63,890 nt of DNA, filler included, from Stramenopiles sp. TOSAG23-2 (GCA_900128395.1; 3 parts of 3 records of this genome joined end to end with filler, not necessarily neighbours in it); one strand, 5' to 3'; shown: positions 44,853 to 57,335, numbered from the whole stretch's first letter. Numbers and translations: made by a program. Notes: generated from the sequence alone by a model not told the origin.

Positions 44853-47800
44853 ATGTTCTGGGGGAAATCAAGAGAAAGGCAATTTGCTGTTAACGACGAT
44901 GAAACAAAAGAAATTCGTCCAAAAACAGCACCACAACCTAAGACTTTAAAACAACGAAAGGTTATTGATGGTGACGCTCATACGAAGCAAAAATCCTTAA
45001 AGCTGTTCAAAAAACGACGAAAGAATGGCAACATCTCCATTTTTGCTGGAAGTGTAAATGTAAATAAAAAAACACGTCCAAAAACTGTTGCTTCCACTCG
45101 CAAAACTGATGTAATTGTACAAAAGAGACTAGACTCGCCATCTGTTAATGAAAGTTACAATCAGCAAAAGCTACAACTTCAAGATTACATCGAACAACAG
45201 AATATTTTACAATTAGATGAAGAAGTTTTTTTTGATAGAGGAAAGTTATATCCTACGAATTTAGCAATCTACTCATACAGGATATCAGAGGAAAATGACG
45301 AATACTTTGGATATGGAAAAGACCACATTATTGGACAGTCAGTGAAAAAGATAGATTTGACACATTGGGATGCAACAGATGCAACGATAAGACTTTTAAG
45401 CAGAATGGCCCCTAACCTTACTAACTTTGTCAGTCCTGGGTGTTATTCTTTAACAAATCATGGCTTTAATGATTTATTTACACTTAATAAATTTTTGAAT
45501 CATGTCGACATAAGTGGCTGCATTCTGGTAACGGATGACAGCATTTTCACATTAACGAAAAACAATGTAAATTTACAATATTTAGATTTTTCAAGCTGTT
45601 CAAAAATAACGGATGATTCGCTAAGAGCTATAGCTGAACATTTGCTACAAATAGAAACATTGTATGCCGCTTCATGCCCTTTGTTAACTAATCGTGGTAT
45701 AATAAATTTGTCTGAGGGGACATGTTGCAAAACGTTAAAAGATATGGATGTATCAAATTGTGTGTTGTTATCTGACTATGGGTTACGAGAATTAGTAAAT
45801 AAATCTCCTACTTTGAGTCAATTAAAATGTTATGGAAATGAGCTAATAGATGGAACAATGTTTTCAGTTCCAATACCTGGTCAAGTGATGGAGTGTAATC
45901 TTTTTATTTCATGCCAAGTCAATTCATTTGTCCTTCAAGGTTGTCACTTAATAGATGATGAGCGAATAACGTGGTTGGCTCAAAGCTGCATGCATTTAAA
46001 ATCTCTGGATATTTCTAATTGTCCAAAGGTTTCATCAGTTGGAATAAGTACTTTGTGTGAAAAATGTACCAATTTAGAAGCATTGAATGTGATTGGTTGC
46101 GGTGATATAATTGATTACGCCGTTAGTTCCATGACACAAAACTGCCGGGGAATGAGAGCAATTGACCTCGCAGGGCATTATCTCTTGACGGATGCTTCCA
46201 TCTCTTTTATTTTATCAAATTGTTTAAGCTTAAATTATTTGAATTTAAGTGGCTTAACACAATTGACTGATACCACCTTTGTCCCTGCAGCCGAAATTGA
46301 ACAAGAAATGGATTTAGTGAAAAATAGTCGTGCCGTAAAAAAATACGTCAGAGCTGAATTGACTAGCTTACACATGGCAGATATGAGTTACATATCTGAT
46401 GCATCACTAGGTGCTATTGGAATTTTATTTAACAAGTTAAAAGTTATCGATTTGTCTAATTGCAGCATGATAACTAATTTAGGAGTGGCGAAGCTTTGTA
46501 AATTTTGCAATCGATTGAAAAATGCAAATTTTAGTTTCTGTCAAAGATTAACGCACCGCGCTGTGTCCTATATAACTAAATATTGTAAATCTTTAGAAAC
46601 ATTGAAACTTTCGGCTAGAAAAAAAACTGCGAGTGCCATGAAAATGAGTGACAAAAGTCTGAATTTAATATTCAGTCGTTTAGAAAAGTTGAAAGTGCTG
46701 GAAGTGAAAAATAGGCAGAATGTGAGTGCAAATAAGGTTAAGAAAGTAAATGCGACGGATTTAAGAGCTGTCAATTTTTCTGGATGCATAAAATTGCGAG
46801 CAAAAGGCTTGGTCAAGATCATATTAACTTGTAAAAAGCTAGAAAATCTAGATGTAACAAATTGTAAAAATATAACCAAAAAATTTGTGATTGAAGTTTA
46901 TCGCTTGCGACAGCCATATTGCAAGATATCGAAAAATTATCGTGGTATTGAAAGTGTCCCTAGTGCCATTTTGATGAAACATCAATATGCCTATTCCAAA
47001 CGGAAGCGACTTGAAAATGATTCCGCTGCAATGTTACAAAAGCGTTGGCGTGGATGGTTACAAGGTGAATTTACATTAATGTATCTATTTAGATGGACAA
47101 AAAATTTAAAAAGAAAAGGCGAGGTAGATACACTAGCCACGCTTATACAAAAGATTTATAGAGGTAAATTAGGTAGACGTAGGGCATATACACAAATGCT
47201 CCATATGAAAGCAATTGTAATACAAAATTGGATTAGGCGAGTTATGGATAGAATTCACTCCACAATACGAAATATCAGAAATATTTCTGCAAGAATAATA
47301 CAAAGTGCATGGAAATTATATTTATACAAATCAGTGTCTCTAGTTGCTAGAGTTAAAGCCTTAGTGGCTGAAAATAAGCGAAGGGAAGAAATAAGAAGAA
47401 AGCGAATGGAAAAAATATATTACAGTGCACGTACACTTCAAATGGCTTATCGATGTTACGTTTCTAGAGTTATTCTATCTAGGCGAAAAGCACAACGGCA
47501 CCATGCTATATTTAGTACTGCTCTTATAACACCCGCACGTCAGCTTAATTTTATAGAAATGGATGCACCAGATAGGAGATTCTTTTTCCGCAGTTCCGAT
47601 GGCATGAAAAGATATCCAAGTAGATTTTGTTACAATTGCAATAATGCCCATGCAACTGTTATATGTTTTGGTTGTGGATTTGATTTATGCCCAAAATGTG
47701 ATCACAAATTACATGTTTTAAATCCTAAATTTAAACACCATCCAGAGAGGGTTGCATTACGTGTTAAATTGCCTGAAAATCCAAGTTTTGATCCACCCCT

Positions 47801-50800
47801 TCACAATTCATTTGAAATTAGAAAGGATTGGTACGATATTGTGTATTTGATAATACGCGTACAGAACAGACGTTATGCAGTCCTCGCTGAGTTGAAAATG
47901 GTTGTCTCTGCGATGCTAGAAAAAAGAAGATTGGTAGAATTGGAGAGAAAGAAAAAAGAAGATCAGAAACGCTTAGATTGTATCGTTACTTTCCAAGCTG
48001 CAGTTCGCAGATTCTTTGCAAAGCAAAATTTTCCAGATTTAATTGATCAGAAAAAGAAGGGGAAAAAACATAGATATGAAAAACTAAAAATGGACAGTGC
48101 CACGAAAATTCAAGCGTTATATAGAGGGTACTCTATACGAATATGGGCTGTTAACTTGCCAATGGAGGATCCGAGAAGAATGTGGCATGAAATTTTGAAG
48201 CGTAAATTAATATTTTTACCATCAAAAATAATTCAGATGCAAAAACAAGCGACGAATTTAAGATACTCTTTTGCAACAACCCTGAAACCTTCAAATGCAA
48301 AATATCGTTTAAAACAAAGACTTTGGGAAAACTTCAGAAGAAATGCAGGTCGTAAATGTGAGAAATATCGAACGGAAATGCATAAACATGTGCAACAGGT
48401 AAAAAAGTTTGAAAAATATAAAGATGTCCACGGTTCTGTATTGCGTAGGACATGGGAGCGTGCAAAAATAGCCTTGTTAAAAAGCGAAAATTTGTTGGAT
48501 GCTAAGACATCTCAAATAATGGTAACCAAGGTGAATGATCAGTTTTTAGAGAACCGCATTGGACGGGAACTACGACGTGATGCTATATCTACTGCGGAGG
48601 GATTAGCTATTCATAATGCAATGCAAGTTTTAGAAGTAGAAAAAAATAATCTATACATAGTGTTCGACAAAATTTTAGATTTGGAATCAATTGGAGATGA
48701 GGACGTTGAACATAGTGATACGGATGTTCATCATGATAGTAGTTCAGAGGAAGAAATCGATGACGAAGACTTGGGGGAACATGAAATACAAGCTATAAAA
48801 CAACAAATTGCGTTAAAGAAGAAAGAAAAGGTTGGTAGGAAAATAAAGGAGCAAATAGCACGAAGGAAACAAAGAGAACGGCGACATGAAAGATTAATCA
48901 AGTATCGGACACACTGGCTCACAAAACAAAAATATAAGGTAGGGAAAATGATTTTAGATGTAGAAGAAGAGCGTTACAAGTTGACTCTTCATGGGTTAAA
49001 CTCTGCAATGAAAGAACTGGAATTGTACAAAGCATACAATGACAATTTTGCCAAAATAATGACTAGTGTGCGCCTGCAAATACAACTTTTAGCTGAAGAT
49101 TCATGGTTGAAAATTGCTTCGAAATCAAGTGAATTAATGGAAGGCGAAGGTGCTAAGATACATTTTGAAGCATTGACAAAAAGCATGCGCGTACAAAAAC
49201 GGATCAGTGACGAGAAGGGATTTGTTATGGATTTGACTGGAGAAATTTCAGAACTATCTGCGGATCAAGTTTTAAGGAGAGAAAAATTTGTAGTTTGCGA
49301 TTGGATGGCTGCAAAGAAAAAATGGAAAGCAAATGTGCGGCAAGATCGTTTCTTTGAAAATAAGTTTGATGTAAAGGACTGGTTGGCATTATATGAAGAG
49401 GCACCATGGAGTGCAAGTTTAGGGTCAGACGCAATTGAGCCCAAAATATTAAAAGTGCAAAATAAAAGATTTGAAAAAGCTATTGACTTGGCTCGTAAGA
49501 AACAGGGCATACGCGATGAAGAAAATCGAATTGCAAAAGAAATCCAAGACAAAAAAGATGCTATAGCGCAAGCAAAATTAGATAAAAAGCAAAAGGAGCA
49601 AGCAGATATGGTCAATAACTATGGTGAAGTCTTAGCGGAGTTGCTTACGGAAATGTCTGAAGAACTTCGTAATAAAAAAGAGGCTGATAGACGTGCAAAT
49701 AAGACTAGATTTGAAAGACTGAAGGAAGATGTTAACATGTTTTTCAATGGAGCGCAAATACGCGAAGAACAGGAAATGAAGCGCATTAAAGCATCCATTC
49801 GTAACAAGCAAAGAGGAAATTTAGGTTACATAGAAGGGATTGAGCAGATACAAATACGATGGGGTAAGGAAAATAATAAAGAATTTCAAGAATTACAAGA
49901 TGAATTTGCGGAACAAGAATATCCATATTACAGGCGCGTTTCAAAAAAAATTGATCAACTTGTACTTTGGTATCTACCTACCATTGATAATGATATGATG
50001 ATAACGGATATAAGGATATCACATGCAAAAGATGGAAGTTTTTATAATCATACAGAAGAAAATATAAAAGTAGGGTACAACATGGTAAGAGATGAAGATG
50101 AAAAATGTGAGTTGGTATTTTGGTATAAACGCGTGAGGGAAGATCTACCAGTTAGTGATTTTGATGTTAGTTTTACCATACAAGAAGAAGAAGCATTAAG
50201 TGATAAAAACTTTACAAAATTAAAAATGGATTTAGGATATGCCCAATTGCCTTCTTCTTGTTACATATGGCAAAAGAAGTTCAAATCACGTATCAATCGT
50301 CCAGAAAAAGAAATCAGCGAAGACTTTGTTTTAAAGCAAATTAAAGGTTATAAAGAAATTGTGGATCAAGATGAAAATAATATAAAAGCAGCAAAGAAAT
50401 TGAAAAAATTGGAAAAACAATTACGAGAGGTAAGGGCAAAGAAATTGAAGAAAGATAAAAATAAATTGAAAAGTATGGTTGAGTTTTTGGCCATGGAAGA
50501 GCAAGATGTGTTGAGTTTAATGGCAATATTCAAAGAAATGGATGAAGATGACAGTGGAGAAGTGAGTCTTACAGAATTTTTCGATTACATTGACGTTGAT
50601 CGTTCTGTTTTTGGGGATAAGATGTTTCAGTTCCTTGATGAAGATAATGATGGTCAATTGGACTTTCCAGAGTTTGTCAATGCAGTTGGAACATACAATA
50701 TGTTTGGCGTCACAGAGTGGCTACAATTCGCATTTGGTATGTTTGATAAAGATGGCAATGGTTACATTATGGAACCTGAATTGAAAGAATTGCTTGTTAC

Positions 50801-51443
50801 TATTCATGGTGATGATCCACTTCATACTGGCGGTGTTGATCGTGTTATGGATGTCTTTGATCGTAATGGAGATGGTAAAGTTGAATGGGCTGAATTTGAA
50901 TCTGTCAACAAACGGTATGCTTCAATGTTCATGCCTATTTTCACTATCCAAAAAAGTATGCAAAGGTCTTTCCTTGGTGCAAGATACTGGAACAGGAAAA
51001 AACAATTATTTTTCCGTGTACGTGAAGATATGAAGAATGTGCGAGTAAGAAATGCAAAATTATTGAAGAATAGGCGTATTGCAGAAAAGATGAGAGCAGA
51101 ACGAGCAGCTGAACTTGCTAGAATTGCTGAAATGCAGGAAGATGCGGGTGTAGAAGTTACAGCAACAGCGGCTGGTGCAGCAAACTTAGGAGATGGTGTG
51201 CCATTTATTACAAGTGCCCAAAGGGCTAAAGCTGCATATAATCCTAAAAAGGTATTGAAAAAATTAGATGAAGCAAATGAAGAATTAAAGAAAGTAAAAG
51301 AAGCTGAGCGATTTAAAGAATCTAGAAAAGGATTCAATGAAAGAGCGAATAAACGAAAAGAGGAACGAATTCAAAAACGAAATGAAATGTTAAAGAAAAA
51401 AGGAAAACTGACAAGAAGAGTGAAACACACTGTTGATACATAA
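44853..51443 (+). CDS. 2196-aa multidomain protein: Cys-containing LRRs, IQ motifs, B-box, coiled coil, MABP-like region, 4 EF-hands
   Basis: LRRs 'LQYLDFSSCSKITDDSL'. IQ 'LIQKIYRGKLGRR' and 'KIQALYRGYSIR'. B-box 'CYNC...C..C...LC..CD..LH'. EF-hands DEDDSGEVSLTE, DEDNDGQLDFPE, DKDGNGYIMEPE, DRNGDGKVEWAE. Confidence 0.88.
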   Translation: MFWGKSRERQFAVNDDETKEIRPKTAPQPKTLKQRKVIDGDAHTKQKSLKLFKKRRKNGNISIFAGSVNVNKKTRPKTVASTRKTDVIVQKRLDSPSVNESYNQQKLQLQDYIEQQNILQLDEEVFFDRGKLYPTNLAIYSYRISEENDEYFGYGKDHIIGQSVKKIDLTHWDATDATIRLLSRMAPNLTNFVSPGCYSLTNHGFNDLFTLNKFLNHVDISGCILVTDDSIFTLTKNNVNLQYLDFSSCSKITDDSLRAIAEHLLQIETLYAASCPLLTNRGIINLSEGTCCKTLKDMDVSNCVLLSDYGLRELVNKSPTLSQLKCYGNELIDGTMFSVPIPGQVMECNLFISCQVNSFVLQGCHLIDDERITWLAQSCMHLKSLDISNCPKVSSVGISTLCEKCTNLEALNVIGCGDIIDYAVSSMTQNCRGMRAIDLAGHYLLTDASISFILSNCLSLNYLNLSGLTQLTDTTFVPAAEIEQEMDLVKNSRAVKKYVRAELTSLHMADMSYISDASLGAIGILFNKLKVIDLSNCSMITNLGVAKLCKFCNRLKNANFSFCQRLTHRAVSYITKYCKSLETLKLSARKKTASAMKMSDKSLNLIFSRLEKLKVLEVKNRQNVSANKVKKVNATDLRAVNFSGCIKLRAKGLVKIILTCKKLENLDVTNCKNITKKFVIEVYRLRQPYCKISKNYRGIESVPSAILMKHQYAYSKRKRLENDSAAMLQKRWRGWLQGEFTLMYLFRWTKNLKRKGEVDTLATLIQKIYRGKLGRRRAYTQMLHMKAIVIQNWIRRVMDRIHSTIRNIRNISARIIQSAWKLYLYKSVSLVARVKALVAENKRREEIRRKRMEKIYYSARTLQMAYRCYVSRVILSRRKAQRHHAIFSTALITPARQLNFIEMDAPDRRFFFRSSDGMKRYPSRFCYNCNNAHATVICFGCGFDLCPKCDHKLHVLNPKFKHHPERVALRVKLPENPSFDPPLHNSFEIRKDWYDIVYLIIRVQNRRYAVLAELKMVVSAMLEKRRLVELERKKKEDQKRLDCIVTFQAAVRRFFAKQNFPDLIDQKKKGKKHRYEKLKMDSATKIQALYRGYSIRIWAVNLPMEDPRRMWHEILKRKLIFLPSKIIQMQKQATNLRYSFATTLKPSNAKYRLKQRLWENFRRNAGRKCEKYRTEMHKHVQQVKKFEKYKDVHGSVLRRTWERAKIALLKSENLLDAKTSQIMVTKVNDQFLENRIGRELRRDAISTAEGLAIHNAMQVLEVEKNNLYIVFDKILDLESIGDEDVEHSDTDVHHDSSSEEEIDDEDLGEHEIQAIKQQIALKKKEKVGRKIKEQIARRKQRERRHERLIKYRTHWLTKQKYKVGKMILDVEEERYKLTLHGLNSAMKELELYKAYNDNFAKIMTSVRLQIQLLAEDSWLKIASKSSELMEGEGAKIHFEALTKSMRVQKRISDEKGFVMDLTGEISELSADQVLRREKFVVCDWMAAKKKWKANVRQDRFFENKFDVKDWLALYEEAPWSASLGSDAIEPKILKVQNKRFEKAIDLARKKQGIRDEENRIAKEIQDKKDAIAQAKLDKKQKEQADMVNNYGEVLAELLTEMSEELRNKKEADRRANKTRFERLKEDVNMFFNGAQIREEQEMKRIKASIRNKQRGNLGYIEGIEQIQIRWGKENNKEFQELQDEFAEQEYPYYRRVSKKIDQLVLWYLPTIDNDMMITDIRISHAKDGSFYNHTEENIKVGYNMVRDEDEKCELVFWYKRVREDLPVSDFDVSFTIQEEEALSDKNFTKLKMDLGYAQLPSSCYIWQKKFKSRINRPEKEISEDFVLKQIKGYKEIVDQDENNIKAAKKLKKLEKQLREVRAKKLKKDKNKLKSMVEFLAMEEQDVLSLMAIFKEMDEDDSGEVSLTEFFDYIDVDRSVFGDKMFQFLDEDNDGQLDFPEFVNAVGTYNMFGVTEWLQFAFGMFDKDGNGYIMEPELKELLVTIHGDDPLHTGGVDRVMDVFDRNGDGKVEWAEFESVNKRYASMFMPIFTIQKSMQRSFLGARYWNRKKQLFFRVREDMKNVRVRNAKLLKNRRIAEKMRAERAAELARIAEMQEDAGVEVTATAAGAANLGDGVPFITSAQRAKAAYNPKKVLKKLDEANEELKKVKEAERFKESRKGFNERANKRKEERIQKRNEMLKKKGKLTRRVKHTVDT

Positions 51444-51608
51444 AAAAACCAGTACGAACGGATTATACATACCGAAGTGTACTATATACGAGTATATTTT
51501 AATACGAAGTAATATTTTAATTACTTAAAGGTCTTAAAGTTATACTCTCGTACAAAGCTTCCGTATGATAAATACATACGAACACCCGTTCGGAATTGAA
51601 TCTAGAAT

Positions 51609-53187
51609 CTACTCATCGTTACTTTTATCAGAAAATACTTTGTGAGATAACACCCTATTTTTTTGCTTAAGCATGTTATTTTCCTTCAGCAATAAATCCA
51701 TTTCCTCACTCATTTCCATTTTTTCTCTTTGGGTTTCTATTAAGACCTGTTGCATATTTTTAAAGTTAATAAAGTTTTTCTCTGCTGAATTAAAATATGT
51801 AATAATACGTTTATTTCTATCTGTGTAGTCTTGTTCTTCACCCACATAAAATTTGGATATGGATGCACTCAAACTACTGTTTTGTTCAAGTTGAACAACC
51901 TTTTGTTGCAACCTAGCAACAGTTTTTTTTAATTTGGTAATTAGACGGTGAGTTGGGTCGACATTTATTACAGCGTAATTACGAATTCTACTAGCTAGAG
52001 AAGCATATCTCATCGTACTCATATTTTCCTGGATAAATGAATTGCCTGGAGATAAACATGCAATCATCAATGTAACACAATTTCCTCCAAATGAATGTTG
52101 CAAAATGGAAGTAAGCATGGAATCGCGGTATGGAATATGGCTTTGGCCATCATGTCCACTAGCTAGCGCAACAACTACTTTTCTAAGAACATGTAATGAT
52201 TTATTGATGCTGATAGATTCCTTCATAGATGTTTCAGAACTTTCTACTGTTACTCTTTCAGATCCAGCAAGATCTACAAATCGTAAACGACTCCTTGAAG
52301 CTACTACCATAACAGATTCATCTATTTTTCTTTTTTTTTCTAAAATGAGGGATAATATACAATGTGAACGACTACTGTTGAGATTGAGTTGGTTCGACGC
52401 AAAGACACGATTTTCAGTACCGCGTTTAAACAATCGATACCAATCATCGAATGATGATACAGTCACTTCAAACACATTTTCTAAGAAAAAGCCAATATCC
52501 GAACTCCACCTCAACTTTAATGCTTTCTCGCTTGTAAATTGGCTACTATTGCTATTGCGAAAATCAGTGGATAATAAATCGTATGCAGACTCGTTGTAAA
52601 TTTGAATATCTGCAAAAAAATAATTATTACAAGTTAGTTTTCTATAATTACTATACGTAATTTGTGGCGAAGATTTAGAAATTACTACACTACTTACATG
52701 TACATTTAACGACAGTTTGGTCTGGATTATTTTCGTCATCCTTTTCAAGAGCAGCAAAAATTGCTTCGGCAGCTCGAGAAATAATGCCATGATGATTACC
52801 ACTTGCATCTTCGTTTAAGGGCTTTTCCTTGCTTATGTCGCCAACGACGGTATGTGTTTTTCCAGACCCAGTATGTCCGTATGCAAAAATAGTTGCATTA
52901 TATCCTTCAAGAACTTGAGCAACCAAATTTTCCATTCCAGTTTCCTTATATACATCCAGCTGTGTTGAATTGGATTTAAAAACATAATCAAAACTAAAAA
53001 CTTTCTCCTCTCTATCAATTGCGACATTATTATTGTTATTGTTACGAGGGCGCTCTCTTGTTGGTAACGGCAAACGTAAACTATTTTTTCCAACCATTTG
53101 AAGCAGTTGTTCATCGGATACTTTATCATTATCTTGTGGTAAAAATGGTCTAATTCTTACAGCAACTTTAATATTTTTTTTCGACAT
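51609..53187 (-). CDS. Kinesin motor protein, KIF12/kinesin-16-like, 2 exons (53187-52698, 52609-51609)
   Basis: 'IKVAVRIRP', 'FAYGHTGSGKTHT', 'SSRSH', 'DLAGSE', 'HIPYRDS'. Intron 52610-52697 restores 'KCTYIQIYNE'. 'LRWSSDIGFFLEN' resembles KIF12. Confidence 0.9.
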
Positions 53188-53642
53188 ATTGTTTTTTCTT
53201 TAATTATTGTTGTGTGAAAACAAACAAAGAAAATCTAAACCCAATGCATACAAGTCGGTGAATGATAATGACGATGAAAGTAATGATTACTGACTGCGGA
53301 TGATTTTTGTATATGATACATGTGTAATAATTTTTCAAAAATCAAATATTTATTATTTTTGCACCATTTCAATTAACTTGGTTTTCTAATAGCATATACA
53401 CACCATCAGCTATACGAATTAGAATACTGGAATACCACCGCACTATAGGAAGAGAAATGAAATACTCTACTGAAGAATCGAATTTTTGACAATTCTAGAA
53501 CAATAAGAAGAAAGAATAATACAATAATACAAAAATATATTGAATAAGAACAAACACAAACATGACACATGTACTTATATCGATTATGATACATACTATA
53601 ACGCGCCATAATATAGCTTAATAAAATAAATAGAAAGGAATC

Positions 53643-53772
53643 ATGCCTTTCTTTATATCAACAACGCGTTCTTCGTATTACCAAAATAATAAGACATGTT
53701 TTCACAATTTATTCTTTTGTACTTTAATAATTATCAATATGTTACTTTTACACTCAACATATGCAATTGATC

Positions 53773-53805
<33 letters not shown>

Positions 53806-56408
53806 GAATCATCATACCTTTACAAAAACGATATGGGAGAAGGAATCTAAGGGCTAGGCGGTATTTAAAATCATATCCAATGATTGCAGAAAATGATGGA
53901 GTTTGGTATTCAAAAATTCATATCGGATCACCTGCACAAACTTTTACGGCTATTGTTGATACTGGTTCCGGTACTATTGCTGTCCCGTGCCTTGGTTGTT
54001 CATGTGGAAACCATCAACATTTTAACAAAGGTCAAAGTACGACTGTGACAAACACGCATCGATCATATAGTCAATGCTATGGTGAAGGTAGTTGTAACAA
54101 TGGGCAATTATTAAATGATGAAATTTGCTTAGGTGATACATGCTCTTCTGGAGAGTCTGTAAGGCATAATTTTGGTTGTTGTACAACATTTGCAAGTGCT
54201 TTTAAAGACCAAGAAGCGGATGGTATAATTGGAATAAGTGGTAGTTCTGGTACATTAATAGCAGATTTACGTAGTCATCATAAATTGACGGAAGATATTT
54301 TTGGTATTTGTTTAGGCATAAAACATAGTGGATTTATCAGCATAGGAACGGTGGAAAATGATAAAAACTTCGGAGCAGTTGCGTGGACTACTATGCATCG
54401 AAGTGGAAGTTTTTACAAAGCTGCTATTGATGGAATTTATGTAGGTGGCAATGATATTTTTCACGGATCGCACATTCCATCGGTAACTATTGATAGTGGA
54501 ACCTCCTTTACATACATACCAAGATCGACACATTCAAAAATGAAACAAAATTTCGAAAGTTATTGTAATAACAATGCTAATAATTGTAAAGGGACTCACA
54601 ATCCACATGGCGGAAGCCAACAAGATATTAGCGATTCTATTTATTGTGCTGGGCCACCTGCTGGTTCTAACATGCAATCAGTCTTGTCAACGTATCCATC
54701 TATTTCCTTCAAATTGGAAGGATTGGAAGGTGATGCTGTTGAGGTATGTGTTCCACCTGAACAATATTTTTTCTTAAGTACAAGTCATCCAACGATGTAT
54801 TGTGTTGGTTTTTTCAAAGATTCTGATTTTGTTTTTGGGGCAAACTTAATGTCAAATTTTAATGTCTTGTTTGATCATGGAAATAATCGCATGGGTTGGG
54901 TTAGAGCAGATTGTGAAAGCAAAGGTTCGAATGTTCCTTGTTGTGGTGGTCCATGTCACTCACAGATTCCAACTGTCAAGGCAACAACAACTACTTCAGC
55001 ACCACCAACAATAGTTGTAACAACTAAAACACCCTCGTCTTCGACAATAATAACGACAAGTTCCAGTGGTGGTAATGTTCCTGTCGTTGATTCAACTACA
55101 CCATCACCATCACCACAGCCAACAATAACAACAACAGCGGCAGCGGTACCAGAAAACAGTAAAGCTAAAAATCACGAAAATGAATTGAAAAAAGAATTCA
55201 ATGTTGTTCCAATTGCAAATAGTAATGGTTTCAGTTTGTTTATGAAACAAAAATCCGTATCAAATTTTGCATTATGGACCAATGATATATTATACGTTAA
55301 TTATCCTAGCGCAACAGCTGAAATTTGCTATGAATTGCCAAAACATCCAATGCACGGCGATGACGTGTCGACATGTCATTTCGCTGCCGGTAGTAAATTA
55401 CTGATTAAACAAAATATTCATGTTAATGTTGGTTCTATTACAATCTTTAATTTGGAACTAGAAGATAATAGTGTTTTAACAGTTAGAGAAAATGCAAAGT
55501 TTAAAATAGAAGGTGTTTTGAAATCCAGTGGTACTATACATATATCATCGAATGTTTCATTTACTGTTGCAGATTTTATTGCAACAGCAACATTATCGAA
55601 ACTAGTCTTTCATCATAATACGAAATTAATATGTTTGTCAAATGGTAAATTTAAATTGACAAACGGCGATATGGAAATCCGTGGGCATATGCAAAGTTGG
55701 TGTAATATGGAATTTGAGGAAAAATCAAGTGTAACAATAGTTTCAAGTGGTCTATTAGATATTAGCTCAGGTGTTTTCTCCTTTACACCTGAAGCTTCGA
55801 TCAATTTTTTATATGGGCCAACATTTAAAAGATTTGGTCTTGTTAGCGTAGCTGGAGATGCTACGTTGAATGGTAAGATTTATATCAAAGTTCAAAGTGA
55901 TCCAAATGATGCAAATGCTGAGAAATATCCTTTTGAACTTTATACACTAATCAAAGGAGTCAATATGATTGGTGATTTTGCATCTATAAATATAGATGAA
56001 ACATTTAAATGTTTGAATTCATCTGTCATGATTAACCTTGTTAGTGCCAGTATTGATTTTCAACAAAGTTGTTTTATGGAATGTTGGAAGGGTTCTGGTA
56101 AGATGACTGAAAAATGTATTGCTGAAGGAAACGCAAATGTTGATCCAAATGTGATAAATACAGACTCGGATGATTCAACGAATGATTATAAAAAAATGGA
56201 TGATGCACTTGCTGTATTTTTTTGGGCTTTGGGTGGATCTTTAATTTGCATGTGTTTGCTGTGTTGTATGATTCATTACTATTGTCCATGTTGTTATGCC
56301 TGCTGTGAATCTAAGTCTAAAAAATATACGCAATTGAATAGAAATTCAGGAAAAATGGATTCTAATAATGGTGATTTGGAACTTGTAAATATTGAGAATG
56401 ATATTTAG
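53643..56408 (+). CDS. Membrane-anchored A1 aspartic protease (plasmepsin V/ASP5-like) with Ser/Thr linker and extra beta-rich domain
   Basis: Catalytic DTGS and DSGT, 'AVPCLGCSCG.H' insert, 'ADGIIG', signal peptide, and a C-terminal TM followed by a Cys cluster. Confidence 0.88.
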
Positions 56409-56867
56409 CGCTTGCTGGGCTTGCTCAAAATGAAGGTTTGATTTGAAAAGATTATACCAGGTATTTTTATTATAAATAGGTGTGTGTATAGGTGTGTTGT
56501 GTATTAAAATACGATGCTGTAGACATAATATACTCGTAAAAAAGAAAAATTATTTTATATTTTATATAATATTTTCGTATAATATATAATATATATTATA
56601 CGCGTACAATTATATATATATTACTCGTAAAATATTTATATTATGCATCAGATTATTGTATATATCATATTCGTACGAACGTAGCATTTACATACTGCTG
56701 TCTATAAATATATTAATGCAACAACAAAAATGTTTCGTGTATAATAATATTTATGAGAGAGTATAGTATAAATATATATATTTAATTATTTACAAGCTTA
56801 TCTTACTTAACATCGGACACAATCTAGAGCTTTTGTTTCTCTGTTATATATATATTTCTTTTCTCCT

Positions 56868-56941
56868 TTACATTTCTTTTACAGTGTTGTCACTATTATT
56901 ATTAGTTGACATATTATTATCATTATTATTACTATTATGCA

Positions 56942-56974
<33 letters not shown>

Positions 56975-57335
56975 AGCATCCAACATAACATTTTTTCAAT
57001 AATTCATCTACTGAAATATAATTATGGTATTTATTAAATGCTTTTGTTCCATCTTTACCTAAATATGGTAATAAAATCTTCTCTCCACCTGGATGATATG
57101 CTATGTAGGGGGTAACATTAAATACTTTGTTATTAATAATCATCCAACCATCATATTTTTTATTATGTTTTTGAATTTGTTCAATATTATAACCTTCTTT
57201 TGGTTGTTCATCTTCACTATTAAATTTTGCTTTGGATTGTAACAGTTGCCAATCACTTAATGAAAATCCTTTTCTCTGCTTGATTTTTGTCGTACGTAAT
57301 GCACACATAATGGTTTCTAGAGGGGTTGTAGGCAC
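56868..57335 (-). CDS. Cytochrome b5-like heme-binding protein (CYB5R4 N-terminal/IRC21-like)
   Basis: 'GFSLSDW', 'KHNKKYDGW', 'VFNVTPYIAYHPGG', 'GKDGTKAFNKYH'. First ATG at 57308; start uncertain. Confidence 0.85.

Noticed and set aside
52610-52808. Overlapping or frameshifted kinesin ORFs
   Set aside because: Explained by an 88-bp spliceosomal intron that restores the YIQIYNE motif.
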